Below, one piece after another: positions 8,455 to 17,353 of a stretch of 30,334 nt of DNA. Made by a program: the position numbers and the translations under genes. Under the pieces are notes generated by a model that saw only the letters and a list, made by a program, of their open reading frames with translations, was not told where the DNA came from and ran no database searches. Positions within the stretch are counted from its first letter, which is position 1. The number at the start of each line of letters is the position of its first letter. Source of the DNA: Chlamydiia bacterium (lineage in GTDB: Bacteria > Chlamydiota > Chlamydiia > Chlamydiales > Parachlamydiaceae). The stretch lies in the NCBI GenBank assembly GCA_038257035.1, contig JBBSJT010000014.1, positions 1-30,334 of the forward strand, read 5' to 3'.

Positions 8455-9249
8455 ATGAAACATTTGATGCACCGGAGCGCAAAATCTTCACACTACAATA
8501 AAGAAGCTTCAAGCTATGATGTTTTCAATGAAAATGGCTCAAAAGGCATTAATGAACTGATTCAAAAGATCCTTAGAAAATACGAAGTAAAAAGTGTGCT
8601 TGATCTTACTTGTGGAACTGGTTCGCAAGTTTTTTTTCTTGCAAAGGAAGGTTTTGAAGTAATCGGCGCAGACATCAATTCAAAAATGCTAAAAATTGCA
8701 AAAGATAAAGCCAAAAAAGAAAAATTACCCCTAAAATTTATCAAGGGGGATATGCGTAATTCAAAAGTCGGAACTTATGATGCAGTGATCACCATCTTCA
8801 ATGCTGTCGGACATCTTACTAAACTTGATTTTGAAGAAGCAATGCGCAATGTTCATGAAAATTTAAAAGTTGGCGGACTTTATATCTTTGACATTTTCAA
8901 CTTAAATTATTTGCTAGATGGGAATAACATCACCAAACTGACAATTGACTGGCAAGAAATTGTGGGCGATACTAAATTTCGCGAAATCCAATATAGCACA
9001 ATAAGTGGCGATGGCATTTTGGCCTCCTTTGATACTTACTTTGAAGAGAAACCCAATCATATTACAAAAGTATCTAAAAGCTCTCAAACCCTTCAAGTCT
9101 ACTCTGCAAGTCAATTAAAAGAAATGCTCGACAAAATCGGTTTTAAAACACTTGATCAAACCAATGTTGACGGTTCTCAGTTTATCGAAAGTAAATCCGA
9201 ACGCATATTGACAATTGCTAAAAAATTAGATGTTAAGGATGTATCATGA
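8455..9249 (+). CDS. Class I SAM-dependent methyltransferase
   Basis: VLDLTCGTG, GADINSKML and GDMR motifs. Overlaps the next gene by ATGA. Confidence 0.9.
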   Translation: MKHLMHRSAKSSHYNKEASSYDVFNENGSKGINELIQKILRKYEVKSVLDLTCGTGSQVFFLAKEGFEVIGADINSKMLKIAKDKAKKEKLPLKFIKGDMRNSKVGTYDAVITIFNAVGHLTKLDFEEAMRNVHENLKVGGLYIFDIFNLNYLLDGNNITKLTIDWQEIVGDTKFREIQYSTISGDGILASFDTYFEEKPNHITKVSKSSQTLQVYSASQLKEMLDKIGFKTLDQTNVDGSQFIESKSERILTIAKKLDVKDVS

Positions 9250-10199
9250 ATATAACAATTCGACATGCAAAAATAGAAGACTCTCACCTTATAGCAGAAG
9301 CAACACGAGAAATAGCAAAAAGCCCCGGTTTTTTTTGCTCAGAACCTTCCGAATTAACCGATGAAAATGTAATGAATACTATTTCAGAATTTCTTAAGGA
9401 TAAAAGAGGCGTCTACCTTGTAGCAGACTGTGAGAATCAAATTGTGGGTCATGCTTTTTTGGAATCTACCCAATTAAAGTCCCTCTCTCATATTGCAGAT
9501 TTGAATATCGCTGTGAATTTAGGGTGGCAAGGAAAGGGGGTAGGAAGAAAATTGCTTGAACACATTATTGAATGGGCAAAACAATCTAATTTTTTAGAAA
9601 AAATCCAACTGAATGTAAGAGCCTCAAATTTACCAGCCATTTCCCTTTATCGAAAATTGGGATTTATAGAAGAAGGTAGAATAAAAAATAGAGTCAAAAT
9701 TAAAGATCACTATATCGATGATATCATTATGGGGTTGGATTTACGTAAGACTAAACTAACAAATAATTTAGACAAAACTCATAAGATGATTTTCGAATAT
9801 CAAGAAGAGCCACTTGCCCAAGATGAAAAAGTTCTTTATGAGGGGATTAACGACGAAGCTGTTGAAAAAATGAAAATGGAACGCATTAATTCTTTTGGAA
9901 TTTTCATTAAAGATGAAGAAGGCGTTGTTCTTGGGGGAGTACAGGGCGTTACTTTATACGGTTGCCTTTATGTGGATATGCTTTGGCTAAAAGAGGGATT
10001 GCGTCAACAAGGTTTTGGCAAAAAGCTTATGCTGGAAGCTGAAAAAATCGGTAGGGATCGTCAATGTTTATTTGCAGCAGTTAATACAATGGATTGGGAG
10101 GCTTTAACATTTTACCAAAAGCTTGGATATGCTATAGAGTTTACTCGCGAGGGCTTTGCAAAAGATTCGAAAATGTATATGCTCAGAAAAAAATTATGA
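9246..10199 (+). CDS. Tandem double-GNAT acetyltransferase
   Basis: Two acetyl-CoA binding motifs (WQGKGVGRKLL and LRQQGFGKKLM), each followed by a [LF]Y.KLG[FY] motif. Confidence 0.88.
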   Translation: MNITIRHAKIEDSHLIAEATREIAKSPGFFCSEPSELTDENVMNTISEFLKDKRGVYLVADCENQIVGHAFLESTQLKSLSHIADLNIAVNLGWQGKGVGRKLLEHIIEWAKQSNFLEKIQLNVRASNLPAISLYRKLGFIEEGRIKNRVKIKDHYIDDIIMGLDLRKTKLTNNLDKTHKMIFEYQEEPLAQDEKVLYEGINDEAVEKMKMERINSFGIFIKDEEGVVLGGVQGVTLYGCLYVDMLWLKEGLRQQGFGKKLMLEAEKIGRDRQCLFAAVNTMDWEALTFYQKLGYAIEFTREGFAKDSKMYMLRKKL

Positions 10200-10239
10200 T
10201 TTATTTAGGAATTGCAGGTAAGTTTCGAACGCACCGGGA

Positions 10240-10953
10240 TTATTTTAATTTATATTTGATTGTGGCAGTGCCATCTTTTTTATTGATTGAAAAGTCAGTA
10301 ATTTCCATGAGACCCATTCTTTTTAAATTTGTAATGTGTGTTCCTCCGCAAGGGGTCCAACTTTTAAGAACTTTAACGGCACGCAAGCCGGAAATCTCAA
10401 ATTTGATTTCAATTTGTAAATCCTGATCAATCCAATTGTTAAAAAGGGCCTCTGCCTGCTGCTTGATCTCTTCTTTTTCAATGGTAGGGGTGCCTACTAT
10501 TTTAAACTTTACGTAACTATCGTTCGGGGAATGGTTGCCTTGGTAACCGACTAGAGGGGAATAACAGATGTTTACAGCTTCGGCCAATACATGCCCTGCA
10601 GTATGTAGACGGGAGTGAAGGTGTCTTGTAGCAGCATCCACATGTAACTCTACTTCATCACCGATGTTGAAGTTAAAGGGTTCGTTTTCTTCAAAACAAT
10701 GAAAAATATCAAATTTATCCATTTGGGTTTTATCTAAAATGTTTTTATGCACACAGGCTACTGGGATATTTGAGATGAATCCCACATCGGAGGGTTGTCC
10801 TCCTCCTTTAGGATGGAAAATTGTTTCGCTAAGCTCTATCCAATTGTAAGTTTTTTTATTAATTTCGCCAGTATTGATTTTGGTGATAATCGCCTTGTGA
10901 GTAAGAACTGAATCTTCCATGTACAAGGCTTTGACTCGTTTGTTTTCGCTCAT
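10240..10953 (-). CDS. alaX: AlaX-type free-standing alanyl-tRNA editing protein
   Basis: TIFHPKGGGQPSD plus Zn ligands HTAGH and CGGTH. Start moved to MSENK (10953), after an AAGGAG SD. Confidence 0.85.
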   Translation of the reverse strand: MSENKRVKALYMEDSVLTHKAIITKINTGEINKKTYNWIELSETIFHPKGGGQPSDVGFISNIPVACVHKNILDKTQMDKFDIFHCFEENEPFNFNIGDEVELHVDAATRHLHSRLHTAGHVLAEAVNICYSPLVGYQGNHSPNDSYVKFKIVGTPTIEKEEIKQQAEALFNNWIDQDLQIEIKFEISGLRAVKVLKSWTPCGGTHITNLKRMGLMEITDFSINKKDGTATIKYKLK

Positions 10954-11046
10954 CGTATAACTCCTTAAAATAACGACTTTAATAAATATGCTTGTAAAAT
11001 GCAAGTATATTTGTTAAAATGGTTTCCAAGTTAGGAGTGTTCACGC

Positions 11047-11979
11047 ATGAAAAAAGATGTAATTGAGACTTTGAGGTCTACTGCAAGAAAATTAGTTAGG
11101 GAACTTGGACTGTTAGAAGTTGATTCTGAAAATGCAGAAAAAACTTCTGCAGATTGGCATGCATTAATAGAAATTGGAAGAAGTCCTGGTATTACGATTT
11201 CCGACCTTGGACGATTATTGTTGATCTCAATTTCAGCAGTTTCAAGATTAGTAAAATCACTGGCAAAAGATGATTACTTAAGACTTAAAGAAGGTCGGGA
11301 TAAACGTGAAAAAGCTTTATATTTAACCAAAAAAGGGGAGGATGAAATTCAGAAAATTAATGAATTTTCCGGTTCAAAAATTAAAGGTGCTTTCGAATTC
11401 TTAACTGAGGATCAAATAGAGAAGGTCATTTACGGCATCAATCTATATGGACAAGCATTGGAAAAAAGCAGGGTAATGCAAGAAGATGTAAAAATCGTTA
11501 CACTTTCGACTTCAAGACTCATCAGAAAGCAAATAGTGAATATGATTTCCAATATTCAAGAAAATGAATTTTGCATACCTATAACAGAAGAAACGAATGC
11601 ATGCATATTGAAAGCTGAAGAAGAGTACCATTACAATAAATCGTACAATTTTTGGTATGCAGTCAACGGGGAAGGGGAAATTCTTGGGAGTATTGGTTTA
11701 AAACTGGTTAACAACACATGTGGACAGATAAAAAAGTTTTTTGTCATAGAAAAATATAGAGGCAAAGGTGTTGCCGAGAAGTTGATGCAAACCCTCAGTA
11801 AAGCTGCTTCAAAGCACGAATTTAATGTTTTGTACTTGGGAACAATTGATGTCCTAAAAGCTGCACAAAAATTTTATATTAAGAATGGTTTTACAAAGAT
11901 CAATAAAAATGAGCTGTCATCAGATTTTCAAACCAATCCTTTGGACAATTGCTTCTTCAAGAAAGAATTGAAGGCGTAA
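11047..11979 (+). CDS. MarR-family HTH / GNAT acetyltransferase fusion, divergent from alaX
   Basis: N-terminal winged HTH (ITISDLG...SAVSRLVKSL...DKREKALYLT.KG). C-terminal YRGKGVAEKLM...FYIKNGF. Confidence 0.88.
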   Translation: MKKDVIETLRSTARKLVRELGLLEVDSENAEKTSADWHALIEIGRSPGITISDLGRLLLISISAVSRLVKSLAKDDYLRLKEGRDKREKALYLTKKGEDEIQKINEFSGSKIKGAFEFLTEDQIEKVIYGINLYGQALEKSRVMQEDVKIVTLSTSRLIRKQIVNMISNIQENEFCIPITEETNACILKAEEEYHYNKSYNFWYAVNGEGEILGSIGLKLVNNTCGQIKKFFVIEKYRGKGVAEKLMQTLSKAASKHEFNVLYLGTIDVLKAAQKFYIKNGFTKINKNELSSDFQTNPLDNCFFKKELKA

Positions 11980-12019
11980 TTGGGGACGGTTCTGGCATAA
12001 GTGTTGAGCCTTATTTTAT

Positions 12020-12419
12020 TACCCCGGCAGGGGTCAACAGCTTTCAGCCCCGTGTGTAATATAAGGCCGATAGGCCTGAAATGGAACTCGGGGTACACAT
12101 TTCAGAGAAACCAAGCCCCGGAAGGGGTGTAAGAATCAAATAGTTTAAATTAATTAATAACTTGTACACAATGACAATGTAAAAAATTACATTAAAAATC
12201 AGGAGAAACATCACCAAATAATGACATATGAAGAAGAGTATCTTAAATTTTCTAGATGGTCAAAATATTGATTATGATCCTCGATTTGTATTTGGTTGAT
12301 GAATCTTACACCCCTCTGCCGGGGCTTAATTTTTTTTTATAAATACCCCGAGTTCCATTTCAGGCCTGAGGCCTTCCATCACACACGGGGCTGACAGCTG
12401 TTGACCCCTGACCGGGGTA
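12020..12419 (+). mobile_element. Non-autonomous IS200/Y1-transposase-derived element with triple-hairpin inverted arms, copy 2
   Basis: Arms at about 12020-12138 and 12300-12419 closely match those of 6271-6580 and enclose a longer TnpA remnant. Confidence 0.8.
12173..12299 (+). pseudogene. tnpA: 3' remnant of IS200-family Y1 (HUH) transposase
   Basis: DNVKNYIKNQEKHHQIMTYEEEYLKF, then after removing one extra T near 12250, LDGQNIDYDPRFVFG*. YIxNQxxHH is the catalytic-Tyr helix of IS200 TnpA. Confidence 0.8.
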
Positions 12420-12430
12420 TAAACAAAAAA

Positions 12431-12476
12431 ATGATTGGGAACGGTTCTGCATAACTGCAGAACCGTTCCCAATCAT
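12431..12476. repeat. Perfect 21-bp-stem palindrome of the GGGAC-like family; a left half-site lies at 11980-12010
   Basis: ATGATTGGGAACGGTTCTGCA-TAAC-TGCAGAACCGTTCCCAATCAT. It lies between convergent genes and may also terminate transcription. Confidence 0.8.
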
Positions 12477-12516
12477 TCAAAGGTTTTGGTTTCAAAACGT
12501 TAAAAGGGAAAATTAA

Positions 12517-12621
12517 TTATTTAGCGTTTTTCTTTTCTTGTTTTTTTGCTTTTTTCTCTTTTGGATTTAAAGCAGGTTTTTTCTTTTCATCTTTACGGTG
12601 TTTGATTACTTCTTTTGTCAT
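12517..12621 (-). CDS. 34-aa lysine-rich small protein (not in ORF track)
   Basis: MTKEVIKHRKDEKKKPALNPKEKKAKKQEKKNAK* with AAGGAG 6 nt before the ATG. Confidence 0.75.
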   Translation of the reverse strand: MTKEVIKHRKDEKKKPALNPKEKKAKKQEKKNAK

Positions 12622-12708
12622 GGGTGACTCCTTATAGTGATTTTTTTTAAAATCCTAACAGAAATTTATTGTCCATTCAAGCTAAATCACTCGACCCAAA
12701 GTATACAT

Positions 12709-15492
12709 TTATTTTTTAACAAGAAGGCTAAGTTGCTCTAACAAAACAAGGGTTCCCTCAAAGCTTACATTAACAAAGCCATCATCAATGTTGTTAGTGC
12801 ATAAATTATTCTCAGCCAAATAACTACTGATCAATTCTTCGATTTCGAAACGAATGTTTTGATGTGCAATTGTAGATCCTAAAATTGATAATTCCTCGTT
12901 AAATTGTTCAGGATTTTTTAAGTAAGCCTCGTATTTTTTAAGTTCTTCAATGTTATCATCATACAATGCCTCATCAGAAGTTTTTTGCTTTTTGCCACCT
13001 CTTTGATTTCCCTCAATAAGTTCTGTTGTGGCTTTTCGTTTTTTGCTCTTTTCATTCTCTGCAGTTTGCTTGATCAAGTTTTGCTTGATTTCTGAAACTT
13101 TCATTGCATCCGTTCTTTTGAAAAGTGTAAGTGCCGTAGTATCATCTTCTAAAACAGCTTTCGTGATCTTGCAATGTTTTAACTTAAAGCCTGCAATATT
13201 CAGCCCACAGCTTAATTTTTTTTCATTTAATGTGGATTCAATTTCTTTAATTTGATTTTTTAATTTGGAAGTTGCGTATTCTGTGAAAGGAATGAGAATC
13301 AATTCTGCTAATGTAGGTTTTGTTTTTAAAGTGTCTGCAATTTTATCCTGAACAAATTTTGCAATGTGGAGGGGATGCAAGTATTCGTGAATTTTTTCTT
13401 TGATCATATCTTTAGCAAGATCGTCAGAGCCTAGCATGTCATCATCATCATCAAAGGAAATATTACTCGGAAGTTGTCCCATTTTTTGAAAAATTTTTGC
13501 AATATAATTGAAGTAATGAGGTTGCATTAACCCCTCAAGTTCCGGTGTAAAATCCAGTGTAAGCTTCCCTATAATTTCCCTAATATATTCAGTAATAATA
13601 TCAAGTGTAAGATCGTATATATTTTCAACTTTTGGAATATTGGATTTCAAGCTTAAGATAATATCTGCACTTTCATGGACCCATCGTGTGCCGCAATTTT
13701 CACCGGCCATTCCAAGACGTATCAGCTCAGTAGAAACAAAAGGCTTATTTTCCTCTACTTTACAAAGCTGTAAGATTTCTTGAAGCTGACCTTCTAGTCG
13801 AAGGTACCAATTTTCGCGAATTTCTTTATCTTTAGGGTTTTTAGAATCGTGCGGCACACCCTGATAGATAGACCTTTCGTTAATATAATATAAAAGTTTT
13901 TCAATACCTTTTCTTAAATCCTGAATATCTTTTTTCACGCCATCAATATTCAAATATTGAGGATTTGTATAAAAGGGCAGTTCCGGATTAGTAAAATTAA
14001 TTTCATCAAAAAGGGTAAGGAGCTGATCTAAAGAAATTTCTTTAATTTCAGAAGTTTCTCCTGTGTAGATTTCATCAGAGTCAAAACTATAGTCCGTATT
14101 AAAATCAATATTATCAATTTCAATTTGATCATCCGAATCATCAGAATGATTCGTTTCATAGGAAATATCAACGGAACTATTTTCTGAAAATTTCTCTTCG
14201 CAGAGCTGTGTAAGCATTAAATTTTTACATTTTTTTAGAAGGGGGGCTTGATTTGTAATCTCTTTTCCAAGATTCTCAAATGAAAAATCATCTATATGAT
14301 TTAAAAAAAACTGAACGTCACTATTAATAATTGGAACTAATAAATAAGAATGGACCGCCATTGGAAGAACTTTTTTTATAGTTTCATAATGAGCCATAAT
14401 TGTTGCAGGGGTTAGCCTGGACATTAACTTGGCGCCAAACTTTGTTCGATCTTTAATAGCAAACCAGGGGTATAATTTAAGCCCTTGTTTGATGTTAGAA
14501 GAAAACACTTCCACTAGATAATCAATCCGATAATCATCGACAAGTTTACGACAATGAGAAATATCCATTTTCTCTAAATTTTTTGAGACCGCGGGTAAAG
14601 CATTGATCTCTACACAACCATTAAGAATGATTGTTTTTAATTTTTCTGATAAAAAGGGTAGTTTTTTCAACTTCGGCATGTAAGAGAGGTCTAAATGCGT
14701 AAGATTTCTTGGTAGCTTTGGTAGGTATTCAAGGTCTGAACCTGAAAAGGAAAGATCGGTCAAATTTTTAAGTTGATGCAAATCATTTAAACTATTTAGG
14801 TTTGTTTTAAGAGTAATTTCTAATTTCGCAAGATTAACGCAATATTTTACAACTGTTTTTAGAAAATCTTCATTGATCACAAACTCCATAATGTCCAAAA
14901 TGTCAATATTTTCTCCGTGAACTTCTAAAAAATTCTTAATGGAAAAAAGATCACAAGCAGTAGTAGGTCGTAGAAAAATTTTAACATTACAAATAATTTT
15001 TAATTTTTTTATTTCTTTAGACAATTCTTTAAAACTTACTTTTGGTCTATTGATTCTTATTACTAATAATTCATCTTTTGAGGAGGCCTTGACTATGTGA
15101 TAAGCCCTTACTCCCAAATGATCTTCAATACATTTTAAACATTTTTCTCTGATCAATGAATTTCCTATTTCATTGGCGTATCTAAGCATTAAAAAGACAT
15201 TTTCATAAGATAAATGTTTATAAAAAAAATCCCAATCTTCATCTTTATGGGAGGGCAACTGCAAAATTAAATACATAATCGTAATGATTTGATCATTATT
15301 GAATTTTTTTTTATCATCGAGCAAATGAATATTTTTAAATAAAATATCTGTTAACGCTTCAGGCTGCTTTGACTTAATGATGTTTTCAAATAATGAAATG
15401 AGTTTGGCAGGATCTTTAACATCCTTAAGGGCTTGACTTTTTAATGAATTGGGGTCTAGGATTGTTATTTGACTTGCCGCAACAGGATTCAT
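12709..15492 (-). CDS. Large putative effector: BACK-like helix, LRRs, acidic linker, Cys-motif domain, bipartite NLS
   Basis: LSYENVFLMLRYANEIGNSLIREKCLKCI (BACK-like). LP.LP.NLTHLDLS-type LRRs. LIRLGMAGENCGTRW. KKRK-x12-KKQK. Start placed at ATG 15492 rather than the TTG at 15528. Confidence 0.75.
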   Translation of the reverse strand: MNPVAASQITILDPNSLKSQALKDVKDPAKLISLFENIIKSKQPEALTDILFKNIHLLDDKKKFNNDQIITIMYLILQLPSHKDEDWDFFYKHLSYENVFLMLRYANEIGNSLIREKCLKCIEDHLGVRAYHIVKASSKDELLVIRINRPKVSFKELSKEIKKLKIICNVKIFLRPTTACDLFSIKNFLEVHGENIDILDIMEFVINEDFLKTVVKYCVNLAKLEITLKTNLNSLNDLHQLKNLTDLSFSGSDLEYLPKLPRNLTHLDLSYMPKLKKLPFLSEKLKTIILNGCVEINALPAVSKNLEKMDISHCRKLVDDYRIDYLVEVFSSNIKQGLKLYPWFAIKDRTKFGAKLMSRLTPATIMAHYETIKKVLPMAVHSYLLVPIINSDVQFFLNHIDDFSFENLGKEITNQAPLLKKCKNLMLTQLCEEKFSENSSVDISYETNHSDDSDDQIEIDNIDFNTDYSFDSDEIYTGETSEIKEISLDQLLTLFDEINFTNPELPFYTNPQYLNIDGVKKDIQDLRKGIEKLLYYINERSIYQGVPHDSKNPKDKEIRENWYLRLEGQLQEILQLCKVEENKPFVSTELIRLGMAGENCGTRWVHESADIILSLKSNIPKVENIYDLTLDIITEYIREIIGKLTLDFTPELEGLMQPHYFNYIAKIFQKMGQLPSNISFDDDDDMLGSDDLAKDMIKEKIHEYLHPLHIAKFVQDKIADTLKTKPTLAELILIPFTEYATSKLKNQIKEIESTLNEKKLSCGLNIAGFKLKHCKITKAVLEDDTTALTLFKRTDAMKVSEIKQNLIKQTAENEKSKKRKATTELIEGNQRGGKKQKTSDEALYDDNIEELKKYEAYLKNPEQFNEELSILGSTIAHQNIRFEIEELISSYLAENNLCTNNIDDGFVNVSFEGTLVLLEQLSLLVKK

Positions 15493-15522
15493 CTTAAGGC
15501 CTTTTTTTAGGTTTTTTATTAC

Positions 15523-15551
15523 TTGCAACTTACATTAAATTAGCACATAAT
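15523..15551 (+). promoter_or_regulatory. Putative sigma70-type promoter of dnaG
   Basis: TTGCAA-17 nt-CATAAT, ending 6 nt before the ATG. Confidence 0.5.
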
Positions 15552-15557
15552 AACTCC

Positions 15558-17339
15558 ATGGCAATATTTAGTAAAGAAAGTTTAGAAACCCTTCGGGGAA
15601 GAGTCGATTTGGTTGAAGTGCTTAGCTCGCACTTTGAATTAAAGAAATCGGGTGCTGCCTATAAAGGACTTTGCCCTTTTCACGACGAAAAAAGCCCTTC
15701 ATTCACCGTTCAAAAAGGGGATACCCATTACCATTGTTTTGGATGCGGAGCCCATGGCGACGCCATTCAATTTTTGATGGCTTATCTTAAAATGAGTTTT
15801 AGCGATGCTGTTCAATCCCTAAGCGAGCGTTTTTCCGTTCAACTTGAAAGAGTGGAGGGGAGTGATGAGCCCAAAGGGCCTCCAAAAGGTAAAATGAAAG
15901 AGGCACTTCTAGAAACTTGCCGATATTACCATTTCAATTTATTGCATACTCCGGAAGGTCACGTTGTTCTAAAATATCTTTACAGACGTGGTTTGGACTT
16001 GGATTTTATTTCTCATTTTATGGTGGGGCTAGCTCCTATGTATTCGGGGAATTTATCAAAATTGATGGCTGCCAAAGGGTTTGATGAAGAAATTTTACAT
16101 GCAGCAGGATTACTCTCACTTGGTAAAGATGGACGTTATCGCGATTTTTTTGCAGACCGCATCACATTCCCGATTCACGATGCAGCCGGATCTGTCATTG
16201 GATTTTCAGCAAGGAAATACAAGGAAGAGACTTTTGGAGGTAAATATGTCAACACATCAGAAACAACCCTTTTTAAGAAATCCAAGGTTCTATTTGGCCT
16301 AAATTATAGCAGACGTAAAATTGCCAAAACCAGAAAAGCGCTGATTGTAGAGGGGCAGATCGATGCACTTCGCTTAATCCAAGAAGGATTTAACATTACA
16401 GTTGCAGGTCAAGGAACAGCTTTTGGAGAGGGACACGTCAAGGAAATTCTAAATCTTGGGGTTAACCTTGTTTATCTATGCCTTGATAGCGATGCAGCAG
16501 GGTTTGAAGCCACAAGCAAAATTGGCGATCTTTTCCAGCGAGATGGGGTTGAAGTGCGAGTTATTAATTTGCCTCAAGGTATGGACCCTGATTCTTTTTT
16601 AAAGCAAAATAGTGCTGCCGATTTTTCAAAGCTTATGGATGCTGCTATTGATTACCTTTCATTCCAGGTCAATTACCAATCGCGAAATTTAAATGTATCT
16701 TCACCTGCCGGAAAAAACGAACTTATCCAGTTAATGGCAAAACAAATTCGAACATGGAGCCACCCGGTAATGGTTCAGGAAAGTTTGAGAAGGCTTGCCA
16801 ATCTTTGTCATGTCAAGGAAGAGATGGTTGGTGCCATGCAAGATCATGTGCCAAACATCTATCTAAAGCCAACGGCAAATATAGGTTTGGAAACAATTGA
16901 TGCAAATTTGATTTTGGAATCTGATTTTTTACGCTGGCTTTACTTAATGGGCGAGCAAAACGAAAAGTTCGTTGCTTTGGCAAAGAGGAATGTGTCCTTG
17001 GATCAATTGCATTGCACCACTTGCCAAAAAATCTACGAATTGCTTTTAAAAAATCTTGAAGCAAAACTGCCAATGGATTTAGTTTCTATGATCATCGAGA
17101 TCGATGAGCCCCAAGTCCAAGCGCTACTTTCACAATTGATGACAAAAAGAGTGAATAAAGATAGGGCAGAAGTGCAATACCTTGAAACTATTCAAGCCAT
17201 TTTAGATCGCAACTGGATGATGCAGCGCGAAGAAGTCAAAATGAAAATCCAAAGCGGCCAATGCTCAGATGATGAGGCGTTGGAGCTTGCAAAAACCTTC
17301 AATAACCTCAAGCGTCGCAAAGACGTTCTATTAGTCTAA
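15558..17339 (+). CDS. dnaG: DNA primase
   Basis: Zn-binding CPFHDEKSPSF...CFGCG, KYVNTSET, Toprim IVEGQID and LDSDAAG, and DPD. Confidence 0.97.
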   Translation: MAIFSKESLETLRGRVDLVEVLSSHFELKKSGAAYKGLCPFHDEKSPSFTVQKGDTHYHCFGCGAHGDAIQFLMAYLKMSFSDAVQSLSERFSVQLERVEGSDEPKGPPKGKMKEALLETCRYYHFNLLHTPEGHVVLKYLYRRGLDLDFISHFMVGLAPMYSGNLSKLMAAKGFDEEILHAAGLLSLGKDGRYRDFFADRITFPIHDAAGSVIGFSARKYKEETFGGKYVNTSETTLFKKSKVLFGLNYSRRKIAKTRKALIVEGQIDALRLIQEGFNITVAGQGTAFGEGHVKEILNLGVNLVYLCLDSDAAGFEATSKIGDLFQRDGVEVRVINLPQGMDPDSFLKQNSAADFSKLMDAAIDYLSFQVNYQSRNLNVSSPAGKNELIQLMAKQIRTWSHPVMVQESLRRLANLCHVKEEMVGAMQDHVPNIYLKPTANIGLETIDANLILESDFLRWLYLMGEQNEKFVALAKRNVSLDQLHCTTCQKIYELLLKNLEAKLPMDLVSMIIEIDEPQVQALLSQLMTKRVNKDRAEVQYLETIQAILDRNWMMQREEVKMKIQSGQCSDDEALELAKTFNNLKRRKDVLLV

Positions 17340-17353
17340 TATTACCCCTGTTT

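Noticed and set aside
6228..12476. CRISPR array or integron attC interpretation of the repeats
   Set aside because: There is no regular repeat-spacer periodicity, no cas or integrase gene in the window, and I could not see attC RYYYAAC/GTTRRRY ends.
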